Positions 30,042 to 39,573 of a DNA stretch of 64,000 bases are shown piece after piece; position 1 is the first letter of the stretch; each line of letters begins with the position of its first letter. The stretch spans positions 3,621 through 67,620 of the forward strand of contig JASMLC010000003.1 of assembly GCA_030748895.1 (NCBI GenBank), in the 5' to 3' direction. The position numbers and the translations under genes are program-made. The DNA is from Candidatus Poseidoniia archaeon (GTDB taxonomy: Archaea; Thermoplasmatota; Poseidoniia; MGIII; CG-Epi1). A model generated the notes under the pieces. The model made no database searches, was not told the DNA's origin, and saw only the letters and a program-made list of their open reading frames with translations.

Positions 30042-31030
30042 TGGCGCGGCTGGCGCTGGTCTCCGACGACCTCCACTTCCTGCAGCACCTGCTCCCCGCA
30101 TGGGAACAGCAATTCGACCTGCGCGTCCTCAACCCGCCCAAGCCGCCGCCGCGCATCCGTGGCCCGCGCGACCTGCTGGCGGGGCTGCGCAACCGCCGGT
30201 TGCGCAGCCGCGAACTGCCGCCGCTGGCCGAGTGGGCTGACGTCGTCTTCTGCGAGTGGGCCACCCACTACCTCGAGTGGCTGAGCCACCACCCCGGACG
30301 CGCGAAGCTGGCGACGCGCATGCACCGCTACGAGCTCGAGCGGCACGCCAGCCGCGTCAACTGGGACAACGTTGCGCTGGTGCTTTTCGTCAGCGAGGCG
30401 ATGGAGCGCGCCTTCCGCACCGCAGTCCCCGACTACGGCGGGCAGACCGCGGTCGTTTACGAAAATATCGACTTCGCGAAATTCAGCCCCCGCGAACGCG
30501 GCGCGACCCACCGGCTGGGGATGCTGGGGCAGGTCATCCCGCGCAAGGGCGTCCGCGAAGCGGTCGAATTCTTTGCAGCGGTTGCCGAAGAGCTGCCGGC
30601 GCTGAGCCTCTCGATTGCAGGCGGGACGCCCGACGCGCGCTACCGGCAGCGCGTCGAGCAGGCCATCGCGGCGGCCGGTCTCGAAGGGCGAGTGACGCTG
30701 GAGGGATTCGTCCCCGACCTCCAGGCGTGGTACCATTCGCTCGACCTCATCGTCTCCAACTCGCGGGCCGAGGGGCTACAGACCTCGCTGGTCGAAGGAG
30801 TCGCCAGCGGCTGTCGCGCGCTGAGCCGCGGCTGGGCTGGCGCGGAGGAAGTGGTGCCGCCCGACGGGGTCTTCAGCTCCGCAACAGAGTTTCGCCAGCG
30901 ACTTGTCGAACACTACGCGCGCGGCGAGAAGACGCGCACCCGCCAGGCGACCGGAGAGCGCGAGGCGCTGCTGGAGCGGCTCAGCGCACGGCCACGCATG
31001 GCAGAGCTGCTCGCGGCGCTAGCGCCTTAG
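30038..31030 (+). CDS. GT4-family glycosyltransferase
   Basis: RKGVREA, GFVPDL, SRAEGLQTSLVEG (ExxxxxxxE). Confidence 0.85.
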   Translation: MMARLALVSDDLHFLQHLLPAWEQQFDLRVLNPPKPPPRIRGPRDLLAGLRNRRLRSRELPPLAEWADVVFCEWATHYLEWLSHHPGRAKLATRMHRYELERHASRVNWDNVALVLFVSEAMERAFRTAVPDYGGQTAVVYENIDFAKFSPRERGATHRLGMLGQVIPRKGVREAVEFFAAVAEELPALSLSIAGGTPDARYRQRVEQAIAAAGLEGRVTLEGFVPDLQAWYHSLDLIVSNSRAEGLQTSLVEGVASGCRALSRGWAGAEEVVPPDGVFSSATEFRQRLVEHYARGEKTRTRQATGEREALLERLSARPRMAELLAALAP

Positions 31031-32536
31031 CTCGTCGCGCAGGTAGCGCCCCATCGCGCCGGGGTTGAGTACGTCCCACGCGAAGTGGATGTCCGCCCAC
31101 TTCAGTCCGCCGATGACCGCCAGCAGGCAGTAGTAGAGCAGCCCGCCCAACGCTACGAGGCCGAAAAGCTCGAACCAGCGCTCGACCGCCAGCAACGGGT
31201 CGAGCTGCCAGAATAGCGCCGCCACCAGCAGCGCCGCCGCCAGCTGCCGCAGCACCTGCCGTGAGGGCGGCAGCGCCAGCTCGCGGTAGCAATACCAGCG
31301 CAGCCAGACGCCCGCCAGCAGCTCCGGCCCGAGCAGCGCCAGCGCCGCGCCTTCGCCGCCCAGCCCCGGCAGGTCATCGAGGCCGAGCTGCGGAATGCTC
31401 CGCGGGACGAGCAGGAGCATCAGCAGCACCGAGAGCATACCGGTGGCGAGGTTGACGCGCGTTGTCAGGGCTGGGCGGTCGGCGCCGCGTAGCGCAATCG
31501 ACCACGGGCGGTTCAGGATGCGCATCAGCGCCACCAGCGCCAGCAATTGCAGGACGCGCGTCGCGGGGAGGAACTCGCGGCTGATGAAGACCAGGATGAC
31601 TTCCTCGGCCCAGATGACGGTCAGCAGCACGACCGGAATCGCGACCAGCGCAGTATACCGCTCGGCGCGGATGATGCTGCTGGCGGCCGCCCGCGTCCCG
31701 CCGCGAGCGTGGAGCTGCGAGACCGACGGCAGCAGCATCCCCTCTAGCGAGAGCGCCAGCGCCCCGATGAAGAGCGCGATGCGCTGGACGCCGAAATAGA
31801 GCCCAACGTCCTCGGCGGCCCAGAAGATACCAATCAGCAGCTTGTCGAGGTGCGTCCGCAGCACCGCGAAGATAGAGGTGATGGCGACCGGCAGCGCGTA
31901 GGTCGAGTAGGAGCGGAAGGTTTCGCGGTCGGGGCGCGAAACCGGGTAGTCGCGAAAGTACCAGAGCGAGACCAGCGCAATCACCAGCGCGCCGAGCAGG
32001 TACGAGCGCGCCAGCCAGATTACGCCCAGCCCCGAGAGCGCGGCGAAAATCATCAGCAGCGACCGCAGCGAAGTGCCGAGCAGGTTCGGCACCGCCACGC
32101 GCGCGCCTTCCTGCCGGCCGGTAAAGGTCGCAACCATCACCCCCGTCAGCAGGAACACGACGTAGTAGGCGAGGATGGTCCCGAGCATGCCCTCGGTCTG
32201 GATGTCGTAGAGCTGCTTGCCGAGCAGTCCGGTCCAGGCCCAGTACGCGAGGCCGAAAACTGCCAGCATCAGCGCCAGCAGGCCCACCCGCACGGCGAGG
32301 AAGGTGCCGGTGCACTTGCCGAGGTCCATCCCCTCGGAGACGCGCTTGACGTGCGCCATGCGGAAGCCGAGGAAGGCGATGAAGGTGAAGCCCCCGACGA
32401 GCGAGAGCGCGTAGCCGAGTTCCCCCAGCGCGCCAGCACCCATGCGGCGCGCGACCAGCATGATGGCGGCCCACCCCAGGATGGCATTGAGGTTCTCGAC
32501 CGTGAAGAGCAGCATCACCTTGCGGGAGGTCGCCAC
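31019..32536 (-). CDS. Wzx/MurJ-like oligosaccharide flippase
   Basis: Multi-TM protein, DKLLIG.F....VG.Y motif; probable GTG start at 32536. Confidence 0.88.
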   Translation of the reverse strand: MATSRKVMLLFTVENLNAILGWAAIMLVARRMGAGALGELGYALSLVGGFTFIAFLGFRMAHVKRVSEGMDLGKCTGTFLAVRVGLLALMLAVFGLAYWAWTGLLGKQLYDIQTEGMLGTILAYYVVFLLTGVMVATFTGRQEGARVAVPNLLGTSLRSLLMIFAALSGLGVIWLARSYLLGALVIALVSLWYFRDYPVSRPDRETFRSYSTYALPVAITSIFAVLRTHLDKLLIGIFWAAEDVGLYFGVQRIALFIGALALSLEGMLLPSVSQLHARGGTRAAASSIIRAERYTALVAIPVVLLTVIWAEEVILVFISREFLPATRVLQLLALVALMRILNRPWSIALRGADRPALTTRVNLATGMLSVLLMLLLVPRSIPQLGLDDLPGLGGEGAALALLGPELLAGVWLRWYCYRELALPPSRQVLRQLAAALLVAALFWQLDPLLAVERWFELFGLVALGGLLYYCLLAVIGGLKWADIHFAWDVLNPGAMGRYLRDELRR

Positions 32537-32603
32537 GCTGCGCGACGGCCGTGCCGGTTTAAAGCGGCACCAGACGCAAATACGGTTGCGGCATGGCGCG
32601 CCC

Positions 32604-33161
32604 ATGGCCGAACTCGAGCTGTTGCGCGCCTCGCTGGCGGAGTCGCTGATTGTCTCCAAGGGCGAGTACCAGTACTTCGTGCATCCGCTCTCCGACGGGG
32701 TGCCGCTGGTCGAGGCCGCCATCCTGGATGAGGCGGCGGCGGCACTCGCCGCGCGAGTGCCGCCGGAGAGCGAAATCCTCGTCACCGCCGAGGCGATCGG
32801 GCTGCCGCTGGCGGCCGCCGTGACGCTGCGCACCGGGCTGCCCTACACGACGCTGCGCAAGCGCGCCTACGGCCTGCCGGGAGAGCGGGTCGTGACGCAG
32901 AAGACCGGCTACGGCGGCGCCGAACTTCACCTGAATGCGCCAGTCGAGGGGCGGCACGTCACCATCGTCGACGACGTACTCTCGACCGGGGGGACATTGC
33001 GCGCGATGTGCAGCGCACTCACCGCAGCGGGAGCGCTGATTGACCGGGTGCTGATTGTCTTCAGCAAGGTTGACCCGGTCGAGCTTTCGGCCGAACTGGG
33101 AGTGGAAATTGAAATCCTGCTTCAGGTGCACGTCGAGGGCGCGAAGGTGGTCATCGATTGA
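32604..33161 (+). CDS. hpt: Archaeal purine phosphoribosyltransferase
   Basis: YQYFVHPLSDGVP, PRPP motif IVDDVLSTGGT; start refined to ATG at 32604. Confidence 0.9.
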   Translation: MAELELLRASLAESLIVSKGEYQYFVHPLSDGVPLVEAAILDEAAAALAARVPPESEILVTAEAIGLPLAAAVTLRTGLPYTTLRKRAYGLPGERVVTQKTGYGGAELHLNAPVEGRHVTIVDDVLSTGGTLRAMCSALTAAGALIDRVLIVFSKVDPVELSAELGVEIEILLQVHVEGAKVVID

Positions 33162-34033
33162 AGCTGCTGGTTGGCGGCATCCTGGCGCTCGACGACTTGC
33201 GGACGCCGCACGCCAGCGGCGAAGCCATCGTGGGCGGCGCCGGAATCTACGCCTCGGTCGCGGCGAGCTTCTTCACGCAGCCGGGGCTGGTCGGCCCCGC
33301 CGGCATCGACTTCCCGCCGCATACGCTGGCGACGCTGCGCGAGCGCGGCGTCGCGCTCGACGGCGTGCCGCGGCTGCGCGAGCGCAGCTTCCACTGGTCG
33401 GGAGAATACCGCGGCGACATGGCGCAGGCGATTACCCACCAGACGCGTGTCGAAATCCTCGCCGCCTTCAGCTGGGACGTTCCCGCGGAGTGGCGCCAGC
33501 CAGCGGCGCTGTTGCTCTGCAACAACGACCCCTCCATCCAGTTGCGCCTCCTCGAGCAGGTGCAAGCAGACTGGGTCGCTACCGACTCGATGAACCTATG
33601 GATTGAGATTCAGCGCGACGCGCTCGAACAGGTTGTCGCGCAGACCGACCTGCTGTTCCTGAACGACGCCGAGGCGCTGGCATACAGCGGCGCCGCCTCA
33701 CTCGACGCGGCGGGCGTGGCGCTGCTCGACGCGGGGCCGCGCTTCGTCGTCATCAAGCGCGGCGCGGCCGGCGCGACGCTCTACCACGCCGGCGGTGACG
33801 CGACCATCCCGGCGCACCCCGCCGCGCAGTTCATCGACCCGACCGGCGCCGGCGACACCTTCGCCGGCGCCGCGTGCGGCTGGCTGGCGGAACGCACCCT
33901 CGACGCCGAAACGCTGGTCGAGGCGCTGCACCACGGCTCGGCGCTCGCGTCAGCGACGGTCGAGGGGCTTGGCACGACCGCGCTGCTGGCGCTCTCGGCG
34001 GAGGAAGCAGCGCGGCGGCGGGCGGCGCTGTAA
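33158..34033 (+). CDS. PfkB/ribokinase-family carbohydrate kinase
   Basis: GGAGIY, LFLNDAE, IDPTGAGDTFAG. Confidence 0.92.
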   Translation: MKLLVGGILALDDLRTPHASGEAIVGGAGIYASVAASFFTQPGLVGPAGIDFPPHTLATLRERGVALDGVPRLRERSFHWSGEYRGDMAQAITHQTRVEILAAFSWDVPAEWRQPAALLLCNNDPSIQLRLLEQVQADWVATDSMNLWIEIQRDALEQVVAQTDLLFLNDAEALAYSGAASLDAAGVALLDAGPRFVVIKRGAAGATLYHAGGDATIPAHPAAQFIDPTGAGDTFAGAACGWLAERTLDAETLVEALHHGSALASATVEGLGTTALLALSAEEAARRRAAL

Positions 34034-34034
34034 A

Positions 34035-34112
34035 TGGTGGGCCCGACCAGATTCGAACTGGCGACCACTCGGTTATGAGCCGAGCGCTCTAACCGGACTA
34101 AGCTACGGGCCC
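34035..34112 (-). tRNA. tRNA with CAT anticodon, most likely tRNA-Ile2 (CCA encoded)
   Basis: GGGCCCG acceptor stem, anticodon arm CTCGG-CT-CAT-AA-CCGAG, GTTCGAATC T-loop; the GGGCCC start resembles archaeal Ile2 rather than Met tRNAs. Confidence 0.9.
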
Positions 34113-34143
34113 GTGCGTGCGTGCTGGCGAGCGTGGCGCGCCG

Positions 34144-34220
34144 TGGCGCCGTCGAGCGGATTCGAACCGCTGACCGCCCGGTTAACAGCCGGGTGCTCTG
34201 GCCAACTGAGCTACGACGGC
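34144..34220 (-). tRNA. tRNA-Asn(GTT) (CCA encoded)
   Basis: Anticodon arm CCCGG-CT-GTT-AA-CCGGG, GGTTCGAATCC T-arm. Confidence 0.97.
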
Positions 34221-34441
34221 ACCGTCGCCCCCCTTTTCACCCCTTGCTTAAAGGCTTCGTGAGCGGATGACTGCACGGCGAGCTGCTCTGCAACGCGAGC
34301 GGCGGCGGCGTACATGCAGCGGCGCCGCTAGCACCCGGCCGGAGCTGGGGCTGGAAAAGATTAATACAGTTGTAGCCATCCCGCGGCCGATACGTATGAT
34401 GCGGGGCGAAACTTTTGCAGCCGATTCAGGGGTGGGCTGCA

Positions 34442-34678
34442 ATGACTGATTTGCAGGCGGACCACCAGCTGGATTGCAGCGGCCTCAGCTGTCCGCTACC
34501 AATCCTGAAGACCAAGAAAACCATGGATGGCCTCGGGAGCGGGGAGGTGCTCCGGATGGTCTCGACCGACCCCGGTTCCCTTAGCGACGTCACCGCCTGG
34601 ACCAACCGCACCGGCAATCCACTGCTCGATACAGCGGAGGACGACGGCGATTACATTTTCTTCATCCGCAAGAAATAA
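34442..34678 (+). CDS. tusA: Sulfur carrier TusA
   Basis: LDCSGLSCPLP (CPxP) motif; start refined to ATG at 34442. Confidence 0.95.
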   Translation: MTDLQADHQLDCSGLSCPLPILKTKKTMDGLGSGEVLRMVSTDPGSLSDVTAWTNRTGNPLLDTAEDDGDYIFFIRKK

Positions 34679-34706
34679 CTAACTTAAATATACATCGAGT
34701 AGAAAA

Positions 34707-35222
34707 ATGAGTGGAAACGGAACCAAGCGCATGGCACTGATTGCCTCCAAGGGCACGCTGGACTGGGCCTACCCCCCCTTCATCCTCGCCTCGACCGCAG
34801 TGGCGATGGAGATGGAGGTGGCGGTCTTCTTCACCTTCTACGGACTGACGCTGCTCAAGAAAAAAATCAAGGCGGGCGTTTCGCCAGCGGGCAACCCTGC
34901 GATGCCGATGAAGATGCCTTTCGGCCCGGAAGGGTTCCAGAACCTCAGCTGGCCCATCCCCAACATCGTGAGCGGCAACGTCCCCGGCTTCGAGACGGTC
35001 GCCACTTCGCTGATGAAGAAGACCTTCAAGAACAAGGGCGTTGCAACCGTCGAGGAGCTGCGCGATATCTGCCTCGAGAGCGGCGTGAAGCTGATTGGCT
35101 GCCAGATGACGATGGACGTCTTCGGCTTCAAGAAGGAAGAATTCATCGATGGCGTCGATATCGGCGGCGCGGCGACCTTCCTCGAGTTCGCGGCGGACGC
35201 CGACATCCAGCTGTTCGTCTGA
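34707..35222 (+). CDS. dsrE: DsrE-family sulfurtransferase (DsrE2/DsrE3-type)
   Basis: KGTLDWAYPPFILASTA...FFTFYGL, IGCQMTMDVF, GAATFL. Confidence 0.9.
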   Translation: MSGNGTKRMALIASKGTLDWAYPPFILASTAVAMEMEVAVFFTFYGLTLLKKKIKAGVSPAGNPAMPMKMPFGPEGFQNLSWPIPNIVSGNVPGFETVATSLMKKTFKNKGVATVEELRDICLESGVKLIGCQMTMDVFGFKKEEFIDGVDIGGAATFLEFAADADIQLFV

Positions 35223-35281
35223 GCCTGACTACGGGCTGCACGGCATCGGAACTGGCAGTGTCCGGAATATGCAGATTATAT

Positions 35282-35303
35282 TATATACAGGTTTTTGTAT
35301 ATA
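35282..35303. promoter_or_regulatory. Perfect 8-6-8 inverted repeat TATATACA-GGTTTT-TGTATATA, candidate ArsR-family operator
   Basis: Sits in the AT-rich promoter region ~30 bp upstream of the ArsR gene. Confidence 0.6.
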
Positions 35304-35332
35304 GTGGCCGGCCAAAGATTGAGCGGTGAACC

Positions 35333-35701
35333 GTGGCAACTACAATTTCGACTGAATTCATCCAGACTGCTGCCCGTATCCTGAAGACCCTTGGCCATCC
35401 CGACCGGTTGAAAATAGTCGAGTTCCTCGAGCATGGGGAGAAGACCGTGGGGCAGATTCAGCGGAAATTCGACCTGCTCCAGCCGGTGACCAGCCAGCAC
35501 CTCAGGATACTGTTCGAGAGGGATATCGTCACCTTCCGGCAGGAGGGAACCCGGTACTATTACTCCCTGGCTAACAATTTCATCATCAAGATTCTGGATT
35601 GCATGGCCGAGGTACAGGAGAAACTGGATTCGGGAGAATGGGATTTTGACTTTGGCGTCGTGCACCAGAAAACCGGGGAGGGGGGACAGATTCATTCCTG
35701 A
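35333..35701 (+). CDS. ArsR/SmtB-family repressor (BigR/SqrR/sHdrR-like)
   Basis: LKTLGHPDRLKIV...EKTVGQI...QPVTSQHLRIL...V...EG...YYSL. Confidence 0.9.
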   Translation: MATTISTEFIQTAARILKTLGHPDRLKIVEFLEHGEKTVGQIQRKFDLLQPVTSQHLRILFERDIVTFRQEGTRYYYSLANNFIIKILDCMAEVQEKLDSGEWDFDFGVVHQKTGEGGQIHS

Positions 35702-35726
35702 AAGGGAATTAACGCACGAGGCAAAC

Positions 35727-36104
35727 ATGGACGACGACGATGGTAGTGTAATAATTTTCATGACTACCGGCCCCGCCACGCCGCAGCGCTGCGCGACGCC
35801 ATTCTATATGGCGACCATGGCAGCAGCGATGGACAGTGAAGCGCAGATGGTGTTCCAGATTGATGGTACCCTGCTGCTGAAGAGAGGCGTCGCCGAAAAC
35901 CTCGACGCCGTGGAAGGAGGCAAGAAGATTATTGATTTCATCCGCGAGGCGAAGGAGATGGGCGTGGAAATGTACGTCTGCTCCGCTTCGCTGGCGTTGC
36001 ACGGCATGACCAAGGAGGACCTCATCGAGGAGTGCGACGACGTGGTGGGTGCAGCCTACATGACCGAGGCGGGGCTGGAGAGCGACATGGTGCTGACTTA
36101 CTGA
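35727..36104 (+). CDS. dsrE: Second DsrE-family sulfurtransferase
   Basis: RCATPFYMA..AAAMD.E..MVF..DG..LL, YVCSASL; start refined to ATG at 35727. Confidence 0.85.
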   Translation: MDDDDGSVIIFMTTGPATPQRCATPFYMATMAAAMDSEAQMVFQIDGTLLLKRGVAENLDAVEGGKKIIDFIREAKEMGVEMYVCSASLALHGMTKEDLIEECDDVVGAAYMTEAGLESDMVLTY

Positions 36105-36565
36105 TGGCGCTGGTCCGGAACTGCCTGCTGCCGTCGGACCTGTTATACGACGTGCCGACCAACATCTGGGTACGGGAACTGGATGACGGCACGGTCGAAA
36201 TCGGGATGACCGATATCGCGCAGACGCTGGCAGGGTCAATTATCCACTGCCGCCCCAAGAAGGTGGGCAAGAAAGTCAAGAAAGGCAAAAGCGTGGCGAC
36301 CGTCGAGAGCGGTAAGTGGGTCGGCCCGGTGCGCTCGCCCTTCGCCGGCAATATCGCAGAGCGCAACGACGCGGTCGCCGACGACGCCACCATCCTGAAT
36401 CGCAGTCCCTACGGGGAAGGCTGGATTGTGCGCATTGCGCCCGCCGACCTGGAGGGGGGCCGGGCGGGGCTGGTCGGCGTCGAGGAGGCGATTACGCTCT
36501 ACGAGGATTACATGCAGGAAAAGGAGCTGGCGAGCTGCATCCACTGCGAGGGCTTCGAGGAATAA
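36104..36565 (+). CDS. lbpA: Lipoate-binding protein LbpA (GcvH-like)
   Basis: VESGKWVGPV lipoyl-Lys motif, NRSPYGEGW, Cys near both termini; no gcvT/gcvP nearby; precedes shdrC1. Confidence 0.88.
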   Translation: MALVRNCLLPSDLLYDVPTNIWVRELDDGTVEIGMTDIAQTLAGSIIHCRPKKVGKKVKKGKSVATVESGKWVGPVRSPFAGNIAERNDAVADDATILNRSPYGEGWIVRIAPADLEGGRAGLVGVEEAITLYEDYMQEKELASCIHCEGFEE

Positions 36566-36568
36566 CGC

Positions 36569-37291
36569 GTGCTCTCACTCTACAAGGATGCTGGATACCA
36601 GGACGTGCTGGTCGGGGAGAAACAGGCACTTTTTGACCAAGTGGCGCAGGACATGCGCTATCCGCACGAGCTCTACGGCTGCTACGAATGCGGTATCTGT
36701 GTCGCTGCCTGCCCCTCAGCGCGTTTCTACGATTTCAGCCCGCGCGTCTTCGCACAGGTGATGGCGCGCGAGGATGTCCACACCTTCTACGAGTTGCTCA
36801 ACGACTCGGTCTGGGACTGCTCGCAGTGCTTCTCCTGCACCTGCTGTCCGCGCGAGAACAATCCCGGAGCCATCATCACCATCATGCGCGAAGTGGCGGT
36901 GAACAACGGGCTCGCTTCCGCCAAGGAGGCGCTCCAGGCCTACTCCCGCATTATCTTCAAGGTGATGTCGACCGGTACCCAGGTCTCGCCCGATATGTTG
37001 CAACCTGACTTCTTCCCGGACTGGGGGCCGGACGTGCGCGACGTCTCGGAGAACCTCGATATCTGGCGCCGGGCGATACCCCCGGAGACAATGCACACTG
37101 TCGAGCTGGCTTGGGACGTCAGCGAGAAGACCCGGCTGGAGCTCTACATGATCTGGAAGCTGACCGGCAACCTCGAGATGATTGAGAATATCGACGAGGG
37201 GCTCTTCATGATTCTGGAGGAGGTCATGGAGGAATTGCTGGAGGAGCACGGCTATGATATCGATGATTTTGACAACATACTGGAGGGCTGA
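36569..37291 (+). CDS. shdrC1: sHdr iron-sulfur subunit C1
   Basis: CYECGICVAACP and CSQCFSCTCCP ferredoxin motifs; cluster position. Confidence 0.88.
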   Translation: MLSLYKDAGYQDVLVGEKQALFDQVAQDMRYPHELYGCYECGICVAACPSARFYDFSPRVFAQVMAREDVHTFYELLNDSVWDCSQCFSCTCCPRENNPGAIITIMREVAVNNGLASAKEALQAYSRIIFKVMSTGTQVSPDMLQPDFFPDWGPDVRDVSENLDIWRRAIPPETMHTVELAWDVSEKTRLELYMIWKLTGNLEMIENIDEGLFMILEEVMEELLEEHGYDIDDFDNILEG

Positions 37292-37297
37292 CTGAGG

Positions 37298-38518
37298 ATG
37301 GCAAGCGCACAGGTCCAGCTGGAGATGGCTGACAAATCCGTCCCCCTCAAGGCGGCGGAGCGCGAATTCGAGCGGCCTGCGGAGCCGCCAACCGAGGACC
37401 TGCGGGAACTGCTGTTCGAGCTGGAGGCGGCGGGCGAACTGGAGGTGCAGCGAGTCCCCGAACCCTACGTGGAGGTCGATACGAAATATGGCCGCAAGAA
37501 GAAAATCCCCATCGAGAACACCTGGCACCACAAGTCGTGCGGCCAGTGCGGGCACATCCCCGGCTACTCGACCTCCATATTCTGGCTGAATCGCCAGTTC
37601 GGCCTCGACTACCACGACCCGCGTGACCAGACCTCCTGCACCGCCTGGAACTACTACGCCTCCTCCACCTCGAACCCGGCCGCGCAGGCGGCGGTCGCCT
37701 GCCGCAACTTCGCGCAGGCGAAGCTGGACGGCTACTTCCCGCTCATCCACTGCGGCACCAGTTACGGCCATTACAAGGAGGTGCGCAACGAGCTGCTGCA
37801 CCACCCCGAGCTGCGCGCGCAGGTGCGACAAATCCTGGAACGACTCGGGCTGCCCTTCGTCTTCCCGGAGGAGATTGTGCACTACTCCGAATGGGTGCAT
37901 GTTATGCGGGACGATATCGCCAAAAAACAGGTTTACGACTTCTCCAGAATCACCGCGACCGTGCATCCCGCCTGCCACTACCACAAGCTGGTTGTCGAGG
38001 ACGCCATCTACGACCGCGACCTGTATGATGGACAGCGTACCGCCATCGTCTCCGGGCTGGTCAAGGCGCTGGGCGCCAAGGTAGCGGACTACTCGACCTG
38101 GCACGACTGCTGCGGCTTCGGTTTCCGGCACATTCTGGTCAGCCGCGACTTCTCCCGCTCGTTCGCGACCATCCGCAAGATTGAACGCATGAAGATAGAG
38201 GCCGACCCGGATGTCACGCTGACCCACGATACCGGCTGCGTCACAACGCTCGACAAAAGCCAGTTCTCGACGCAGGCGCACGGCCGCAACGTCGGCATCC
38301 CGGTGATGTCCGACGCACAGTTCGCCGCGCTCTCGATGGGGGCGCACCCCTACCTGGTCTGCCAGCTGCACTGGCATGGCGTCGACATGAAGCCGCTGCT
38401 GGAACTGATGGGGATTGACCACGTAAAGGCGTGGAAGGAGTTCGAAGGAATTGCGGACCACCTGAAGGACAATCCAGAAGAGTACCTTACCTGGGAGGAA
38501 TGCCTGGATGAGCAATAA
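37298..38518 (+). CDS. shdrB1: sHdr subunit B1 (CCG domains)
   Basis: HKSCGQCGHIPGY, DQTSCTAWNYY, HCGTSYG, HDCCGFGFRH, HDTGC. Confidence 0.92.
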   Translation: MASAQVQLEMADKSVPLKAAEREFERPAEPPTEDLRELLFELEAAGELEVQRVPEPYVEVDTKYGRKKKIPIENTWHHKSCGQCGHIPGYSTSIFWLNRQFGLDYHDPRDQTSCTAWNYYASSTSNPAAQAAVACRNFAQAKLDGYFPLIHCGTSYGHYKEVRNELLHHPELRAQVRQILERLGLPFVFPEEIVHYSEWVHVMRDDIAKKQVYDFSRITATVHPACHYHKLVVEDAIYDRDLYDGQRTAIVSGLVKALGAKVADYSTWHDCCGFGFRHILVSRDFSRSFATIRKIERMKIEADPDVTLTHDTGCVTTLDKSQFSTQAHGRNVGIPVMSDAQFAALSMGAHPYLVCQLHWHGVDMKPLLELMGIDHVKAWKEFEGIADHLKDNPEEYLTWEECLDEQ

Positions 38519-39572
38519 CAGAATAATGGTCATCGGCGGCGGGCCGGCCGGCCTTGAAGCGGCGCGTGGCGTCGTCGAGCTGGGATACGAGCTGGTGCTG
38601 GTGGAGCAACGGAACGAATTGGGCGGCACCCCCATCTCGGCCAGCTACGCGGCGCTGACGCCCGACATGGAAGATACCGAAGTGGCAATGGCGCGCATGG
38701 TTAACGCCGTCACGAACGATTCGCTCGCGGACATCCGGCTCGACAGCACTATTACGGCCGTCGAGGGGACCGCGCCCGACCTGAGCGTTACGCTCGAGAC
38801 GGAGGGCGGGTCCGAAGTGGTCGAGGTCGGCGCCGTGGTCGTCGCCACCGGATTCAAGCACTTCGACCCCGGCAAGGAGACGCAGCGCTACGGTTACTAC
38901 GAGTACGACGACGTAATCACGCTGGTCGACGCCGAGAAGATGCTCAAGGCGGGCAAGTTTGTCCGGCCGTCGACAGGGGAGCCGCCGAAGCAGGTCTGCT
39001 TCATCCAGTGCGTCGGCAGCCGCGACCGCCAGCTGGGGAACAAGTGGTGCTCGAAGGTCTGCTGCGGTATCGCCACCAAAGAGGCCATTGAAATCCGGCA
39101 GCTGCTGCCGGACTGCAAAGTAATCGTATTCTACATCGACATGCGCATGTACGGCTTCTGGGAGGATGAACTCTACTGGAAGGCGCAGGAGGAGGAGAAA
39201 GTCGCCTTCATCCGCGGTATCGTCAGCGAAGTCACCATGCGGGGGGACTCGGTCATGGTCAAGGGCGAGGATACCACTATGGGGCGGCCGATGGAGGTGT
39301 TGATGGACGTCGTCATCCTGTCCGTCGGGATGGAGCCCAGCGACGGCACCATCGCGATGGCCGAAATGTTCAACCTGCCGCTCGAATGTCACGGCTGGAT
39401 AGAGACCGTGGGTGGTGCGCTGAACACAGTGCAGACCCCGGTCGACGGAATTTTCGTCGCCGGCGCGGCCGCGGGACCGGCCGACCTCGAGGATTCCATC
39501 TCAATGGGGGGTGCCGCAGCGCTCAAGGCATGCGCGTTCGTGCGCCGCATCCAGCTGCCGGTAGTCGAATAA
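38508..39572 (+). CDS. shdrA: sHdr flavoprotein subunit A (short HdrA)
   Basis: IGGGPAG, QCVGSRD, CSKVCCG, FYIDMR; short form lacking the HdrA ferredoxin insert. Confidence 0.92.
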   Translation: MSNNRIMVIGGGPAGLEAARGVVELGYELVLVEQRNELGGTPISASYAALTPDMEDTEVAMARMVNAVTNDSLADIRLDSTITAVEGTAPDLSVTLETEGGSEVVEVGAVVVATGFKHFDPGKETQRYGYYEYDDVITLVDAEKMLKAGKFVRPSTGEPPKQVCFIQCVGSRDRQLGNKWCSKVCCGIATKEAIEIRQLLPDCKVIVFYIDMRMYGFWEDELYWKAQEEEKVAFIRGIVSEVTMRGDSVMVKGEDTTMGRPMEVLMDVVILSVGMEPSDGTIAMAEMFNLPLECHGWIETVGGALNTVQTPVDGIFVAGAAAGPADLEDSISMGGAAALKACAFVRRIQLPVVE

Positions 39573-39573
39573 C

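Noticed and set aside
34035-34260. tRNA-targeted integrative element for the sulfur cluster
   Set aside because: The cluster lies on the 5' side of the tRNAs. No duplicated tRNA 3' end was seen near 54.4 kb and no integrase is present.
36104-36565. Glycine cleavage system H protein
   Set aside because: No gcvT/P/L nearby. Terminal Cys residues and position before shdrC1 indicate LbpA.
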